A stretch of 64,000 nucleotides of DNA from NCBI GenBank assembly GCA_965249555.1, contig OZ252243.1, positions 1,824,001 to 1,888,000 of the forward strand, given 5' to 3'. Below the pieces are notes generated by a model. The model had not been told where the DNA came from, ran no database searches, and worked only from the letters and a program-made list of their open reading frames with translations. A program made the position numbers and the translations under genes. Shown one piece after another: positions 31,530-42,231 of this stretch; the stretch's first letter is position 1, and every line of letters begins with the position of its first letter. Source of the stretch: Nitrosopumilus sp. (GTDB lineage Archaea; Thermoproteota; Nitrososphaeria; Nitrososphaerales; Nitrosopumilaceae).

Positions 31530-31644
31530 TCAAGATCTTACGGTGCTAATCCTTGATTAATTTAGCATATAATATTCGTTAAACTTTATAATGTATATAC
31601 TATATTTGCTAAAATATGCTAAAAATAGCACCGTAAGATCTTGA
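31530..31644. promoter_or_regulatory. Long inverted repeat bracketing the divergent promoter
   Basis: TCAAGATCTTACGGTGCTA (31530-31548) / TAGCACCGTAAGATCTTGA (31626-31644); nested TTTAGCATAT/ATATGCTAAA; TTTATAAT TATA-like box inside. Confidence 0.7.
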
Positions 31645-31645
31645 C

Positions 31646-33556
31646 ATGACAGAAAAAACAACCGTAGACATCACACCTGACAAGAGCTTAATTCAAAAAT
31701 TAGGGCTTACTGGATATAGAACAGCTGAGGCTATCTCAGAATTACTAGATAATTCCATAGATGCAAGAATTGGAGAAGATACAGAACGTATCGATGTAGT
31801 CTTAGATTTTGTTGGAAAAACTATCTCAGTATCTGATGATGGGTATGGGATGAATCTTGAAGAATTAGAAAAAGGGTTGACTATTGCAAAAGGAACAAAA
31901 CTGGAAAAAGAGAAACTAGGAAAGTTTGGATTAGGGATGAAAAGTGCATGTTCTACACTAGGAAAAGAATTCACAATTACAACGTCAAAAAATAATTCTG
32001 ATCTAGAATATTTTGTTCATTATGAAGAAGATGAATGGTTAAGAGATTCATCACAAACATGGAAAAACTTTGAAATTGAAACAAGAAAAAAAACAAGACC
32101 TTGGAATGGTACAATAATTAAAATCTCAAAATTAAATATTCCATTATACCCAAATCAAACAACCAGATTAAGAAAAAATTTTGGAATAAGATATGGTTCC
32201 TACATAAAATCCGAAGAAATATCATTATACATTAACACTAGAGAATGTAAATCAGTAGAACTTCGTATACTTGAAGGAAGTAGAAATAAACTAAACATCG
32301 AACTAAATAATGATAAGTTTCTTACAGGTTGGATTGGGCTATTAGAAAAACGTTCGATAAAAGGTGAATATGGAATTCATTTGTATAAAAATAAAAGATT
32401 GATTAAAGCATTTGATAAATTTGGAATTCGAAATCATCCAGAAGTGGCAAAAATTACAGGAGAACTACATCTTGATCATGTACCAGTGAATTTTCATAAA
32501 ACTGGATTTATTGAAGAATCACTAGAATACAAAGAAGCAGTAAATGCATTTAGAACCTATCCAGAAGTTATTGATGTATTACGAGATTCAATAAGTAAAC
32601 CTCCTTCAACTGCTTCAATACAATCAATTTTAAATTATTTTGGAAATGATAAAATCAAAGGAAAAATTCAAACTAGAATGAGTAATACAAATTCTAAAAT
32701 ATTATTAAATAAAGCAGAATCTTTTAGTACTCAATATGAATCAAAAAACATTCAATTTGAATTTGAAAATTCCTCAGATGATGAATTATATCATATTTCC
32801 AGAATACCAAATGGCTTCAAAATTAGTATAAATCGAAAAAGTCCTATTTTTACAATAATTGGAAATCCTCTATTTTTGATTGGTTTAATCGAATTAGAGG
32901 CTAAAACTATCATAAATGAGCCTGGAAAATACACTGATTTTCTAAAAGAAAGAAATGCAGCTTGGAGTCAATTTGTTAAGGATTGGTCTAAAAAACCAGA
33001 AAAAATAGTGAAAAGAAAACCTCAACGCGTAATTCCATTACCTCAATATTCCTTGGTTAGTGAACTTGTAGAATTACATGAATTTTTGAAAGATAAATTT
33101 GAATTTAATTTTCAGTTTACTGCATTAAGCACGCTTACCCCATTCTTACAAAATGCGTATAACAAAATGATCTATAATATTGATACAGTAAGAAATACTG
33201 GACAACTTCTTTATGACTTGATACTTGATTTTGGTGGAATGAAATTTACCGTTCTTCTAAATCCTAAATCTGAAGACATACAAAAAGCGTTAGAATATTC
33301 TGAAAAAACAAAATTTATTGTAATTAGAGAATATTTCAAAATATCAAAAGATACTTGGGCTCCTCCTGATAAAGCATGGGTTGATTTACTCTTAGAAATG
33401 AAAAGAGGCCCATTTTATATTCGTGGTGATGAGTTAGCAAATATTTTAGATTATTTGTTAGAGAATAATCTTACAAATCAACATAGATTAAAAACAATAG
33501 GACGACATAAAAATGCTCTCTATGATATAGAGAAATATTTTGGAGATGTTGATTAG
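31646..33556 (+). CDS. MORC-type GHKL ATPase fused to a C-terminal AbiEi-like domain
   Basis: AISELLDNSIDA, DDGYGM, GKFGLGMKSA, GTII Bergerat motifs; S5-like LYKNKRLI; C-terminal ALSTL...APPDKAWVDLL resembles the AbiEi PEKALVD motif. Confidence 0.75.
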   Translation: MTEKTTVDITPDKSLIQKLGLTGYRTAEAISELLDNSIDARIGEDTERIDVVLDFVGKTISVSDDGYGMNLEELEKGLTIAKGTKLEKEKLGKFGLGMKSACSTLGKEFTITTSKNNSDLEYFVHYEEDEWLRDSSQTWKNFEIETRKKTRPWNGTIIKISKLNIPLYPNQTTRLRKNFGIRYGSYIKSEEISLYINTRECKSVELRILEGSRNKLNIELNNDKFLTGWIGLLEKRSIKGEYGIHLYKNKRLIKAFDKFGIRNHPEVAKITGELHLDHVPVNFHKTGFIEESLEYKEAVNAFRTYPEVIDVLRDSISKPPSTASIQSILNYFGNDKIKGKIQTRMSNTNSKILLNKAESFSTQYESKNIQFEFENSSDDELYHISRIPNGFKISINRKSPIFTIIGNPLFLIGLIELEAKTIINEPGKYTDFLKERNAAWSQFVKDWSKKPEKIVKRKPQRVIPLPQYSLVSELVELHEFLKDKFEFNFQFTALSTLTPFLQNAYNKMIYNIDTVRNTGQLLYDLILDFGGMKFTVLLNPKSEDIQKALEYSEKTKFIVIREYFKISKDTWAPPDKAWVDLLLEMKRGPFYIRGDELANILDYLLENNLTNQHRLKTIGRHKNALYDIEKYFGDVD

Positions 33557-33558
33557 AT

Positions 33559-34686
33559 ATGTATCATTTTAATGATGAATTACAACAGGATAACATTGAA
33601 AGTATAGCAACAAAAATTGGATTTGCAAATGCAACATATGTTGAAAAATTCATAATGGATTTTGAAATGAATTATCATATTTCACAAGAAATAGATTCTA
33701 TATTGAGAGGTGGTATGTGTGTACCGTTTCATACAAAGTTAGGAGTAAGACGATTAAGTGTAGATATTGATCTGTTTACAGGATTACAAGTAAATGAAAT
33801 TGAAAAGATAATGCAAAAACTAAATGATCGTTTAATTGATATAAAGATTAAACTACATACGCCAACAAATCCTGTCCCTATACCAAATTTAGTATCATAT
33901 TATGTAGAATACAATTCTTGTTTTAGAAAACTTGACACAATAAAAATTGATTATTTGTGTGATATGTCACTACAATTACCTACACAAAATATTACAACCA
34001 CACAAGAAATAATTGAATTTAAAATTGATTACCCTGTAAAAATTTTAACACGTGGTGCACTAATTGGAGATAAAATAACTACTTTGGCACTAGGAAAGAT
34101 TGGTCTAAAACCAAAAATTGGAACTCTTTCAAATGATATCCCAAAACAAGTATACGATATTGCAACATTATTGAAATCAGTTACTGAAAAAGACATAGAA
34201 GAGTCATTAGATGTCTTCATAGATCTTACAACTTTTAAAGTAAAAGTTTTTGATAATGGAATCTATAATATAAAAGAAATACTTGATACAATAAAATCTT
34301 CAATTTCAAGTTTGTTATCATTTGACTCCCAAATAACAAATATTAATGAATATGTAGGCATTTTTGGATCTTTCAAAGGAACGTATCTTAATCGATCACA
34401 GCCATACAAAAAAACTGAACATATTTCAGATATTTTGTTAGTTTGGTTTTATGTTATATTTCTAAAAAAATTCTTCGATAAATCTCTCTCAAAAGATGTG
34501 GTAATAAAAAAAATACATTCTACAATAAAATTATACCAAAACATTATTGAATTTGATGTAGATGACAAACAAAACATGAGCGAAACTCTTCTTAAAGAAA
34601 TGCCTGATCTACCATTCAACAAGAATATTCTTAATCAAACACCTGTTGAACAAATATTTTTAATCAAAGAAATTTGCTCAAATTAA
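33559..34686 (+). CDS. AbiEii-family nucleotidyltransferase (type IV TA toxin-like)
   Basis: LRGGMC, RRLSVDIDLF, LIGDKITTL, KQVYDI motifs. Confidence 0.82.
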   Translation: MYHFNDELQQDNIESIATKIGFANATYVEKFIMDFEMNYHISQEIDSILRGGMCVPFHTKLGVRRLSVDIDLFTGLQVNEIEKIMQKLNDRLIDIKIKLHTPTNPVPIPNLVSYYVEYNSCFRKLDTIKIDYLCDMSLQLPTQNITTTQEIIEFKIDYPVKILTRGALIGDKITTLALGKIGLKPKIGTLSNDIPKQVYDIATLLKSVTEKDIEESLDVFIDLTTFKVKVFDNGIYNIKEILDTIKSSISSLLSFDSQITNINEYVGIFGSFKGTYLNRSQPYKKTEHISDILLVWFYVIFLKKFFDKSLSKDVVIKKIHSTIKLYQNIIEFDVDDKQNMSETLLKEMPDLPFNKNILNQTPVEQIFLIKEICSN

Positions 34687-34790
34687 AAAATACTGTGTAG
34701 ATTATGATATTTTGTGCCTATTTTGACAATATGAAGTGATGTACTTGGATGATGTCATAGTTCTAAAATAACACTACTATGATTATCTTT

Positions 34791-36031
34791 TGGTCTGGTC
34801 CCCTCTAGAATGAGAACGCCTGCATACATACACTTTTCAGGAGATCTAGGAGGTTTACGCCCATGGTAAGGAGCAAATTCACACCTGCAGAAAAATCAAG
34901 GATAATCCTTGAATCATTAAACACCAACATTGGAACTGCAGAATTGTGCAGAAAGCACAACATTCATCCGCAGACATTCTACTCTTGGAAAGAAAAGTTT
35001 GTGGATGGAGGTAAATCCGCATTAAACAGAAGATCTGGTGACAATACATGCAAGACATTACAAAAAGAAAATGAGACTCTAAAAAGAATCGTAGGTGAGC
35101 TGACCATCGTCAATGACACTTTTAAAAAAACGTTGGAGGGACACAAAAGATGATCATTGCAAAGCAACTCACTGCAAAATTGAGTCTGAGAAAATCATTA
35201 TCATACGTCGGGATATCGTACAACAAATGGTACCATACAAAATCACCCCGAAACATTCCGCTAAACAAGACCGTATCCCAAATGGTACAAAAGATTGGAA
35301 ATGCCAGGCCAACATATGGAACCCGTAGGATGGCTGCAGCCACGGCAAGGGAGCTTGGATTGCCCGTAAACAGAAAGCAGATTCGCAGGATATTCCACAA
35401 GCTAGGCTGGATTGCACCTGCAAAGACCAAAAAAGACATCATGGCATCCAAAAAGAAACTTTTCAAACCGACTGCGCCAAACCAGTTGTGGCAGACAGAT
35501 ATGACATATGTCTGGTGTGGAGTTGATGGTTGGTGTTACTGCTTTAATGTCATAGATACATTTAGCAGAAAATGGATTTCATACATATTTGATGTAACTG
35601 CAAGCAAAGATGCTGCAACAGAATCAATCATTCATGCAATTGCAACTTCCAATCCGGATTGTGCCAAACTGATTATACGAACTGACAATGGTTCGCAATA
35701 TGTAAGCCGAAAGTTCAAAGAAGCAATCCTGCTTTTGGGTGCAAGACAGGAATTCATCTGGCACCATACACCACAACAAAATGGTCATGTTGAATCGTTT
35801 CATAAAACGTTAAAGAAGGAATATCTCTGGCCACACGAGTTTGAAAATTTCCAATCAGCACAAGTAAGAATTACCAAGGCATTTGAGGATTACAACGATT
35901 CCAGGATTCACTCTGCACTTGGATACATCACGCCAGATGAATTTCTGGAAAAATGGGAGATGAGACATAAATGAGGGTAATGGTATGTAAAATTATGCAA
36001 AAAGTGTTCTCATTTAGTGGGGTCCACTCCA
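34791..36031 (+). mobile_element. IS3-family element copy 1 (orfA 34863-35153, orfB 35150-35974)
   Basis: TG...CA ends with imperfect TIRs; HTH orfA; WQTDMTY, TDNGSQY, NGHVESFH DDE; 1241 bp; no TSD visible. Confidence 0.95.
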
Positions 36032-36079
36032 CTAAAGTGCTTGATACATACTAAAAAATGATAAGATCTTTATCAAACT

Positions 36080-36319
36080 ATGAGTGCAAATACTATCAGA
36101 AAGGCAAAGAAACTTGTTGAAAGTGGTGGTGTGGTTAAAATCGAAGATGATCTATTTCAAATAAAATCTTCATCTGATCCTGACAAATCTTATTTTGTAA
36201 CATCTGATACCTGTGAATGTCCTGGATTCAAAAATTTTTACAAATTTCATCATGGTAAGGGACTCAAGGCAAACTGCTCTCACTTGGAAGCACTCAGAAT
36301 CTTCAAACAAGAAAATTAA
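36080..36319 (+). CDS. SWIM zinc-finger protein
   Basis: CECPGF...CSH motif. Confidence 0.75.
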   Translation: MSANTIRKAKKLVESGGVVKIEDDLFQIKSSSDPDKSYFVTSDTCECPGFKNFYKFHHGKGLKANCSHLEALRIFKQEN

Positions 36320-36328
36320 TCTCAGATT

Positions 36329-37907
36329 ATTTTAGATTTTTTACATTCATCTTTCCAACAAATGCTTTGTTTTTTGTAATTACAATGGGACGCAAGATTA
36401 ATTCTGGGTATTTTGTCATCAATTTGATTAACTGAGCGTGGTCTGGTCCCCTCTAGAATGAGAACGCCTGCATACATACACTTTTCAGGAGATCTAGGAG
36501 ATTCACACTCATGGTAAAGAACAAATTCACACCTGCAGAAAAATCAAGGATAATCCTTGAATCATTAAACACCAACATTGGAACTGCAGAATTGTGCAGA
36601 AAGTACAATATTCATCCGCAGACATTCTACTCTTGGAAAGAAAAGTTTGTGGATGGAGGCAAATCCGCATTAAACAGCAGATCTGGTGACAATACATGCA
36701 AGACATTACAAAAAGAAAATGAGACTCTAAAAAGAATCGTAGGTGAGCTGACCATCGTCAATGACACTTTTAAAAAAACGTTGGAGGGACACAAAAGATG
36801 ATCATTGCAAAGCAGCTCACTGCAAAATTGAGTCTGAGAAAATCATTATCATACGTTGGGATATCGCACAACAAATGGTACCATACAAAATCACCCCGAA
36901 ACATTCCACTAAACAAGACCGTATCCCAAATGGTCCAAAAGATTGGAAATGCCAGGCCAACATATGGAACCCGTAGGATGGCTGCAGCCACAGCAAGGGA
37001 GCTTGGATTGCCTGTAAACAGAAAGCAGATTCGCAGAATATTCCACAAGCTAGGCTGGATTGCACCTGCAAAGACCAAAAAAGACATCATGGCATCCAAA
37101 AAGAAACTTTTCAAACCGACTGCGCCAAACCAGTTGTGGCAGACAGATATGACATATGTCTGGTGTGGGGTTGACAGTTGGTGTTACTGCTTTAATGTCA
37201 TAGATACATTTAGCAGAAAATGGATTTCATACACATTTGATGTAACTGCAAGCAAAGATGCTGCAACAGAATCAATCATTCATGCAATTGCAACTTCCAA
37301 TCCGGATTGTGCCAAACTGATTATACGGACTGACAATGGTTCGCAATATGTAAGCCGAAAGTTCAAAGAAGCAATCCTGCTTTTGGGTGCAAGACAGGAA
37401 TTCATCTGGCACCATACACCACAACAAAATGGTCATGTCGAATCGTTTCATAAAACGTTAAAGAAGGAATATCTCTGGCCACACGAGTTTGAAAATTTCC
37501 AATCAGCACAAGTAAGAATTGCCAAGGCATTTGAGGATTACAACGATTCCAGGATTCACTCTGCACTTGGATACATCACGCCAGATGAATTTCTGGAAAA
37601 ATGGGAGATGAGACATAAATGAGGGTAATGGTATGTAAAATTATGCAAAAAGTGTTCTCATTTAGTGGGGTCCACTCCAAGCGTCGGTTTTTTTACTATT
37701 CTCCAAGTCTAGTTCTTTGTACATTTTGTCTCTTTTTCTGAGAAGTTCCAATGGTCTTTTTCCTGTCATTTTGATGATCTTTTTTAATTCTGTTTCTGAA
37801 AATGGATCTTTGAAAAAGTCTCTTTTTTCAACATCTGCATTCATTCTCTCTATCTCTGTGATTGCTTTTTTACATGTAATGCATGTTGATTTATGATATA
37901 TCTTCAA
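36329..37907 (-). pseudogene. ArsC/Spx-family protein split by IS3 copy 2
   Basis: 5' part KIYHKSTCITCKKA...KKTDA (37680-37907) continues QLIKLMTKYPELILRPIV...KNLK at 36329-36434. Confidence 0.85.
36439..37679 (+). mobile_element. IS3-family element copy 2 (orfA 36511-36801, orfB 36798-37622)
   Basis: Near-identical to copy 1; 4-bp TSD AGCG at 36435-36438 and 37680-37683. Confidence 0.96.
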
Positions 37908-37962
37908 TTCATTTTTAGTGTCTGAAATGGATTAAAAATTGTTTAGAAAATAAAAAATGCTG

Positions 37963-38130
37963 CTATGCACAGCAGATGGTTTTTTTGAAATCTTCCGAAT
38001 TTCTTTGAAAATCACACTCTTTACATACTTGCCAGCTTCTTTTCTTAAGAATTGTAAATGCTGACTCGTAACTTACAGAATACATTTTTCCGCCACAAGA
38101 TGGGCAGGATAATGGAATATCTATTTTCAT
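37963..38130 (-). CDS. Small zinc-ribbon protein (55 aa)
   Basis: Manual translation MKIDIPLSCPSCGG...CKECDF... Confidence 0.6.
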   Translation of the reverse strand: MKIDIPLSCPSCGGKMYSVSYESAFTILKKRSWQVCKECDFQRNSEDFKKTICCA

Positions 38131-38187
38131 CAAATTATGTTATGTGATTTTGAATATAAGGCGCGCGTAGAATTTATCAATCGTTCA

Positions 38188-39105
38188 TTACTTTTCTGAA
38201 TTATCTTCATCTTGATTATCCGCTCGGTCTTCTGATTTTTCATCTAGACTCTCTTGATTGAATTGCTCAAGCATTTCTTTTGGAATTGAAATCATGTCGA
38301 GAAACACTTGTCTTGCTTCTTCAAATGTTCCACCATTAGCAATGATTTCATCTCTGATTTTCTGTGCCTCTTCAAATATATTCTTTGTAAAGTTGAGTTG
38401 GCTTGCAACCTGGTCTTTAATCTCTGGATTAAGACTGTTAATGTAACTATCATACTGGTATCCTCCATATGTTCCAGCACCTGGATTGGATTCATCAATG
38501 GCTTGATTTCTTAGTTCTTTTGCAATATTTCTTTGCTGTTCTAGATAAATTTGATCTTCCATGTCCTCTTCACTTTCTTTCTCTTGTAACGTTAATTCAT
38601 CAAGTAATGCCTGATAGTATCGGAACAGAGTTTGCCCAATTGGGTTTTTCTCAAAATCACTTTCTTGCGAGTCTAAATATTTTTTTGCTTCATCTGTGGA
38701 TAATTTATCCTGTAATGTAGACACTAGAGTTAAATCTCCTTTTACTTGGAATTCTGTACTTGCTAATCCTGTCATTCCATCCAATGATGCAATTACATTA
38801 ACTTTGTATGTTCCTGGAATTCCTTGAAAATCTTTGAATGTTACCCAAAATTCTCCGTTTGAATTAGTAAATACTTGAGTGGTATCCGTTCCCGTTCTTA
38901 TGAATACTTCTGCATGGCTTATTGGCTTGTATGCATGATCAACTACTTTGCCTGAAACCCCTACATTCTCTCCTGGATAAATGACTCCTTTTGGCACATT
39001 CACATCAATAAGTAATTTCCACAATTCTGCTTCTGAAGTTGGAATGAATGGAAATATCATCAATAATGAGACTAATCCTATTGCTATAGCCTTGTTACTG
39101 AACAT
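38188..39105 (-). CDS. Secreted protein with carboxypeptidase-regulatory-like Ig domain
   Basis: Signal peptide; VSGKVVD...TNSNGEF...PGTYKVNV. Confidence 0.7.
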   Translation of the reverse strand: MFSNKAIAIGLVSLLMIFPFIPTSEAELWKLLIDVNVPKGVIYPGENVGVSGKVVDHAYKPISHAEVFIRTGTDTTQVFTNSNGEFWVTFKDFQGIPGTYKVNVIASLDGMTGLASTEFQVKGDLTLVSTLQDKLSTDEAKKYLDSQESDFEKNPIGQTLFRYYQALLDELTLQEKESEEDMEDQIYLEQQRNIAKELRNQAIDESNPGAGTYGGYQYDSYINSLNPEIKDQVASQLNFTKNIFEEAQKIRDEIIANGGTFEEARQVFLDMISIPKEMLEQFNQESLDEKSEDRADNQDEDNSEK

Positions 39106-39884
39106 ATTGCATTCTTTTGATTTTTGTTGTTAAGACAAAGTATGAAGAAAAATTTGCTATTTTTCAATTTTATTTGAGTAATTTTATCCATTTTGATGCT
39201 TGAAATTCGTCATATCTTAAATCCCAACTAACTCTTAAACACCCAAATTCATCTAATCTTAAATCATGGATTTAGAAAAATTTCGTAATGATGTCTATGA
39301 AATGACTGAAAATTTGTCAAAAAATCTTAAAGAAAATGATATGCCAAAACTCAACTACGTTTGTCAACAATTAATTGAAATGTACAAAAAAATCTGGTAA
39401 AAATCAACCATTCTATCTTGGAATTGATTTGTGCAAGTAATCTTATTTCCAGAGGTTATGCTGTAGACGTTGAAAAAGGTGTTTAGTACATGATTTTCAA
39501 TGATTTGATTTTACATAATAGTTATGATTTGTTCCCAGATTTACTTTCTTTTCAAATAATCAGAAAATATCCCATCTGTCATTAATCTCTATCAAAATAC
39601 CCACGCTTATCCTAAGAATCCGTTCCTACAGCTTAAATTTATATTCATTTTTAAGCTAAGCTAGTTTTCATAATTGTTTCAGGCATGACAATAAAACTCT
39701 AATTCTAAACTTGTTTATCGGGTACATACACGCCAAAATTTAATTTTTGTCAGATTTTTTATTAAAAAACTAGGTGTGATAATAAAACCATAAGATGAGG
39801 TCTCAATTAAAAGAATTATATTCATTTTTAAGCAAAGCTGATTTATAAAAAAATAAAATTTTGAAATAATTAAAAAAATAAAAT

Positions 39885-40106
39885 TTATCTTAATTTCTCT
39901 TGTTCTTTTACATAATCAGAATTATTAAATAAATTATCAAAATCAGGATTTAAAGAACATTGCTCAATAGCATTAACTTTATTTTCATCTCTATTTGAGG
40001 CTAGATAATACAAGCCAACAAAGAATAAAAACACAATGCCAACAGGTAAGACCACAATTAGAAACAAGCCAGATAACAAAGCTAGTAAATAAAATCTAGT
40101 TTTCAA
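39885..40106 (-). CDS. Small membrane protein
   Basis: N-terminal hydrophobic stretch. Confidence 0.45.
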   Translation of the reverse strand: MKTRFYLLALLSGLFLIVVLPVGIVFLFFVGLYYLASNRDENKVNAIEQCSLNPDFDNLFNNSDYVKEQEKLR

Positions 40107-40130
40107 TGTATTTTTAGAGTAATATCATGG

Positions 40131-40233
40131 TATTATAAAATTACTATTCTATTATAAAATTACTATTCTATTATAAAATTACTATTCTATTATAAAATTA
40201 CTATTCTATTATAAAATTACTATTCTATTATAA
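40131..40233. repeat. Tandem repeat, 19-bp unit TATTATAAAATTACTATTC x5.4
   Basis: Five perfect contiguous units plus a partial unit. Confidence 0.95.
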
Positions 40234-40843
40234 TTATTAATGTTTTATTCATATACAAATACTTTAGACTATAATTGAAAAAATAAATTTTCCCGAAAAA
40301 TTAGGAATTATTTCAACAGTGCTAATTATTCCGTTCTTGTTTGTATTTGTGTTTATAGAACCAGATCATTATAACTCAAGATGGGCAATGCTAATTTTTT
40401 CCCTTTTTAATGCTATCAGTATTCCTTTTATTTACGACTATATACAGCAACACAGAAAATTAAAAAGAGTTAAGGGATTTTGGAGAGAGCAATTAAGATT
40501 AATTGAGAGATCAAACAGTAGACTAGATACAAGAGAAGTTTTAAAAGATTTAATGTCTATTGAAGGATATGTTAGAGCCACATATAACGAACGTAATTGA
40601 GACTTGGGCATAATCAATTCTCATTTTTAACCGATTTCTCAAATTATTCAAATAGAAAAAGCAAAGGATCTCATCATGTTTTGTTCATTGGAATGATTAC
40701 AAAACAAATAAAAATCCCTAGCAAGATTCTATGTGAGTCATTTCTTATCGGTGTTTTGTATCTGGCGGGAACATTATCTGTATGAGAATGCAGTGAGACG
40801 GGGACGGCCATATGTCTATTCAACTGTTCTGATGGTGTAATTA

Positions 40844-41906
40844 TATAGCGACGATCAAAAGTTCGTGAACATCCTTGCAGGATTTCTAAAAATATAATTA
40901 ACAACATCAAGTTTGAATTTTTTTGTTCCAAAGTATTGTGACACTGCATTATTCATTATTGTAAACATTGCATAATATTCTGATACCAACAACACATGCT
41001 TATTTTCCAACACTGCTCTATCATGTTTAGATATGGTGGGTCCTTTTGGTAGCCAAATCAGTTTGACATCTAGATTATCTGTCAAAAAGTCCCTGATCTT
41101 CTTTGATTTGTGCACTGTTGCCCTGTCAAGTATCAACACAATTTTACCATATTTGTAGTGCAACTCAGATATTCTACAAATGTTATGCCGTTGAATTTTT
41201 TATAAATTCTAAACAGTTGGTCTCCATTGATTGTAATTGTTCCATATACTGCCAAACTTTCATGGTTTCCCACATATGGGAGAAATATTCTTTTGGCAAC
41301 TGGTGGGCAATATTTTCGTCCTGCTTTTACATCCCTAACAAAGAATGCCTCATCAAGCATTGCAATGGTGAATCCACTCTTTTTTAGGTGTGCAATTCTC
41401 TTTTTCATGCGTTGCTGCCCAGCTGCGCACAGCTGTTACACTTGCATGATTGATGTGATATTTTTGTGCAGTTTTAGCAGACATTCCATACTGGCGCATT
41501 ATTTTTCTGACATGTGTTATGTGAAATTTTATTCCAGTAGAATCAAATATTGTCTGCTGCAGCATTACAGGTGTAAATGGTGTCAACATAATTTTGAGCA
41601 TGATAGAATCCATTTGCTTCTTTGGGATTACACATGGTCTTCCACTCCGGGGGTGATCGTAGAGGCCATCTACGTTAAAACGATCAACCCATTTGCGTAC
41701 CCAGTTTGTACAGCGGTGTACTCTAATTCCTTGCCATCTTTGAGAACCATTAGTACTGCAAGCATCCTGACTATATCTTTGGAGTTTTCCTTTTTGTATG
41801 CTGCTTCAAGCTGTTCTAACTTGTTCATGTGTTTCATTGTGTGTGGTGATCAAAAAGTGTTTTGTTTTGATGATTTTTAGTTCACGAACTTTGACTCTTC
41901 GCTATA
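40844..41906 (-). mobile_element. IS630-family element, frameshifted
   Basis: TIRs TATAGCGA..AAAGTTCGTGAAC with terminal TA; LDEAFF, LILDRATVHKSK, LIWLPK motifs in three frames. Confidence 0.88.
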
Positions 41907-42075
41907 CTAGGAAAATTAGCTATAAAACTAACTTAATCACAAAAGCTGATGAGATTTTACTTTCAAATTCTTAGGATCAGTTTTAATATGAATGGAATTT
42001 GTTAAAAAATGTTAATTACTATATATGTTCATAATAATGATATAGTGTATATACCAATACAATTAATGATGGAAT

Positions 42076-42222
42076 ATGATGACTGATAAAGAAATTCAAG
42101 ATACATTCAAACTACTCGGAATTTCAGAAAAAAGATCAGAGCAAGAATTAAATTTATATAGATTTATTGATAAAAAACCACTAAGCGTAAAATTTCAAAC
42201 TACGACATCTGTAAAAACATAA
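42076..42222 (+). CDS. Small ORF (48 aa) upstream of the protease
   Basis: Manual translation MMTDKEIQDTFKLLGISEKR... Confidence 0.45.
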   Translation: MMTDKEIQDTFKLLGISEKRSEQELNLYRFIDKKPLSVKFQTTTSVKT

Positions 42223-42231
42223 TGAATCTCT

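Larger units (their letters stand above)
30061..36051. mobile_element. Composite transposon carrying the defence cluster
   Basis: Perfect 20-bp inverted ends GTATGTATCAAGCACTTTAG (30061-30080) / CTAAAGTGCTTGATACATAC (36032-36051); flanks TAAAAAGTG and TAAAAAATG (9-bp TSD, 1 mismatch). Confidence 0.75.

Noticed and set aside
34791-37679. Two IS3 copies as a composite transposon carrying the SWIM gene
   Set aside because: Copy 2 has its own AGCG TSD inside arsC/spx, so it is an independent insertion.
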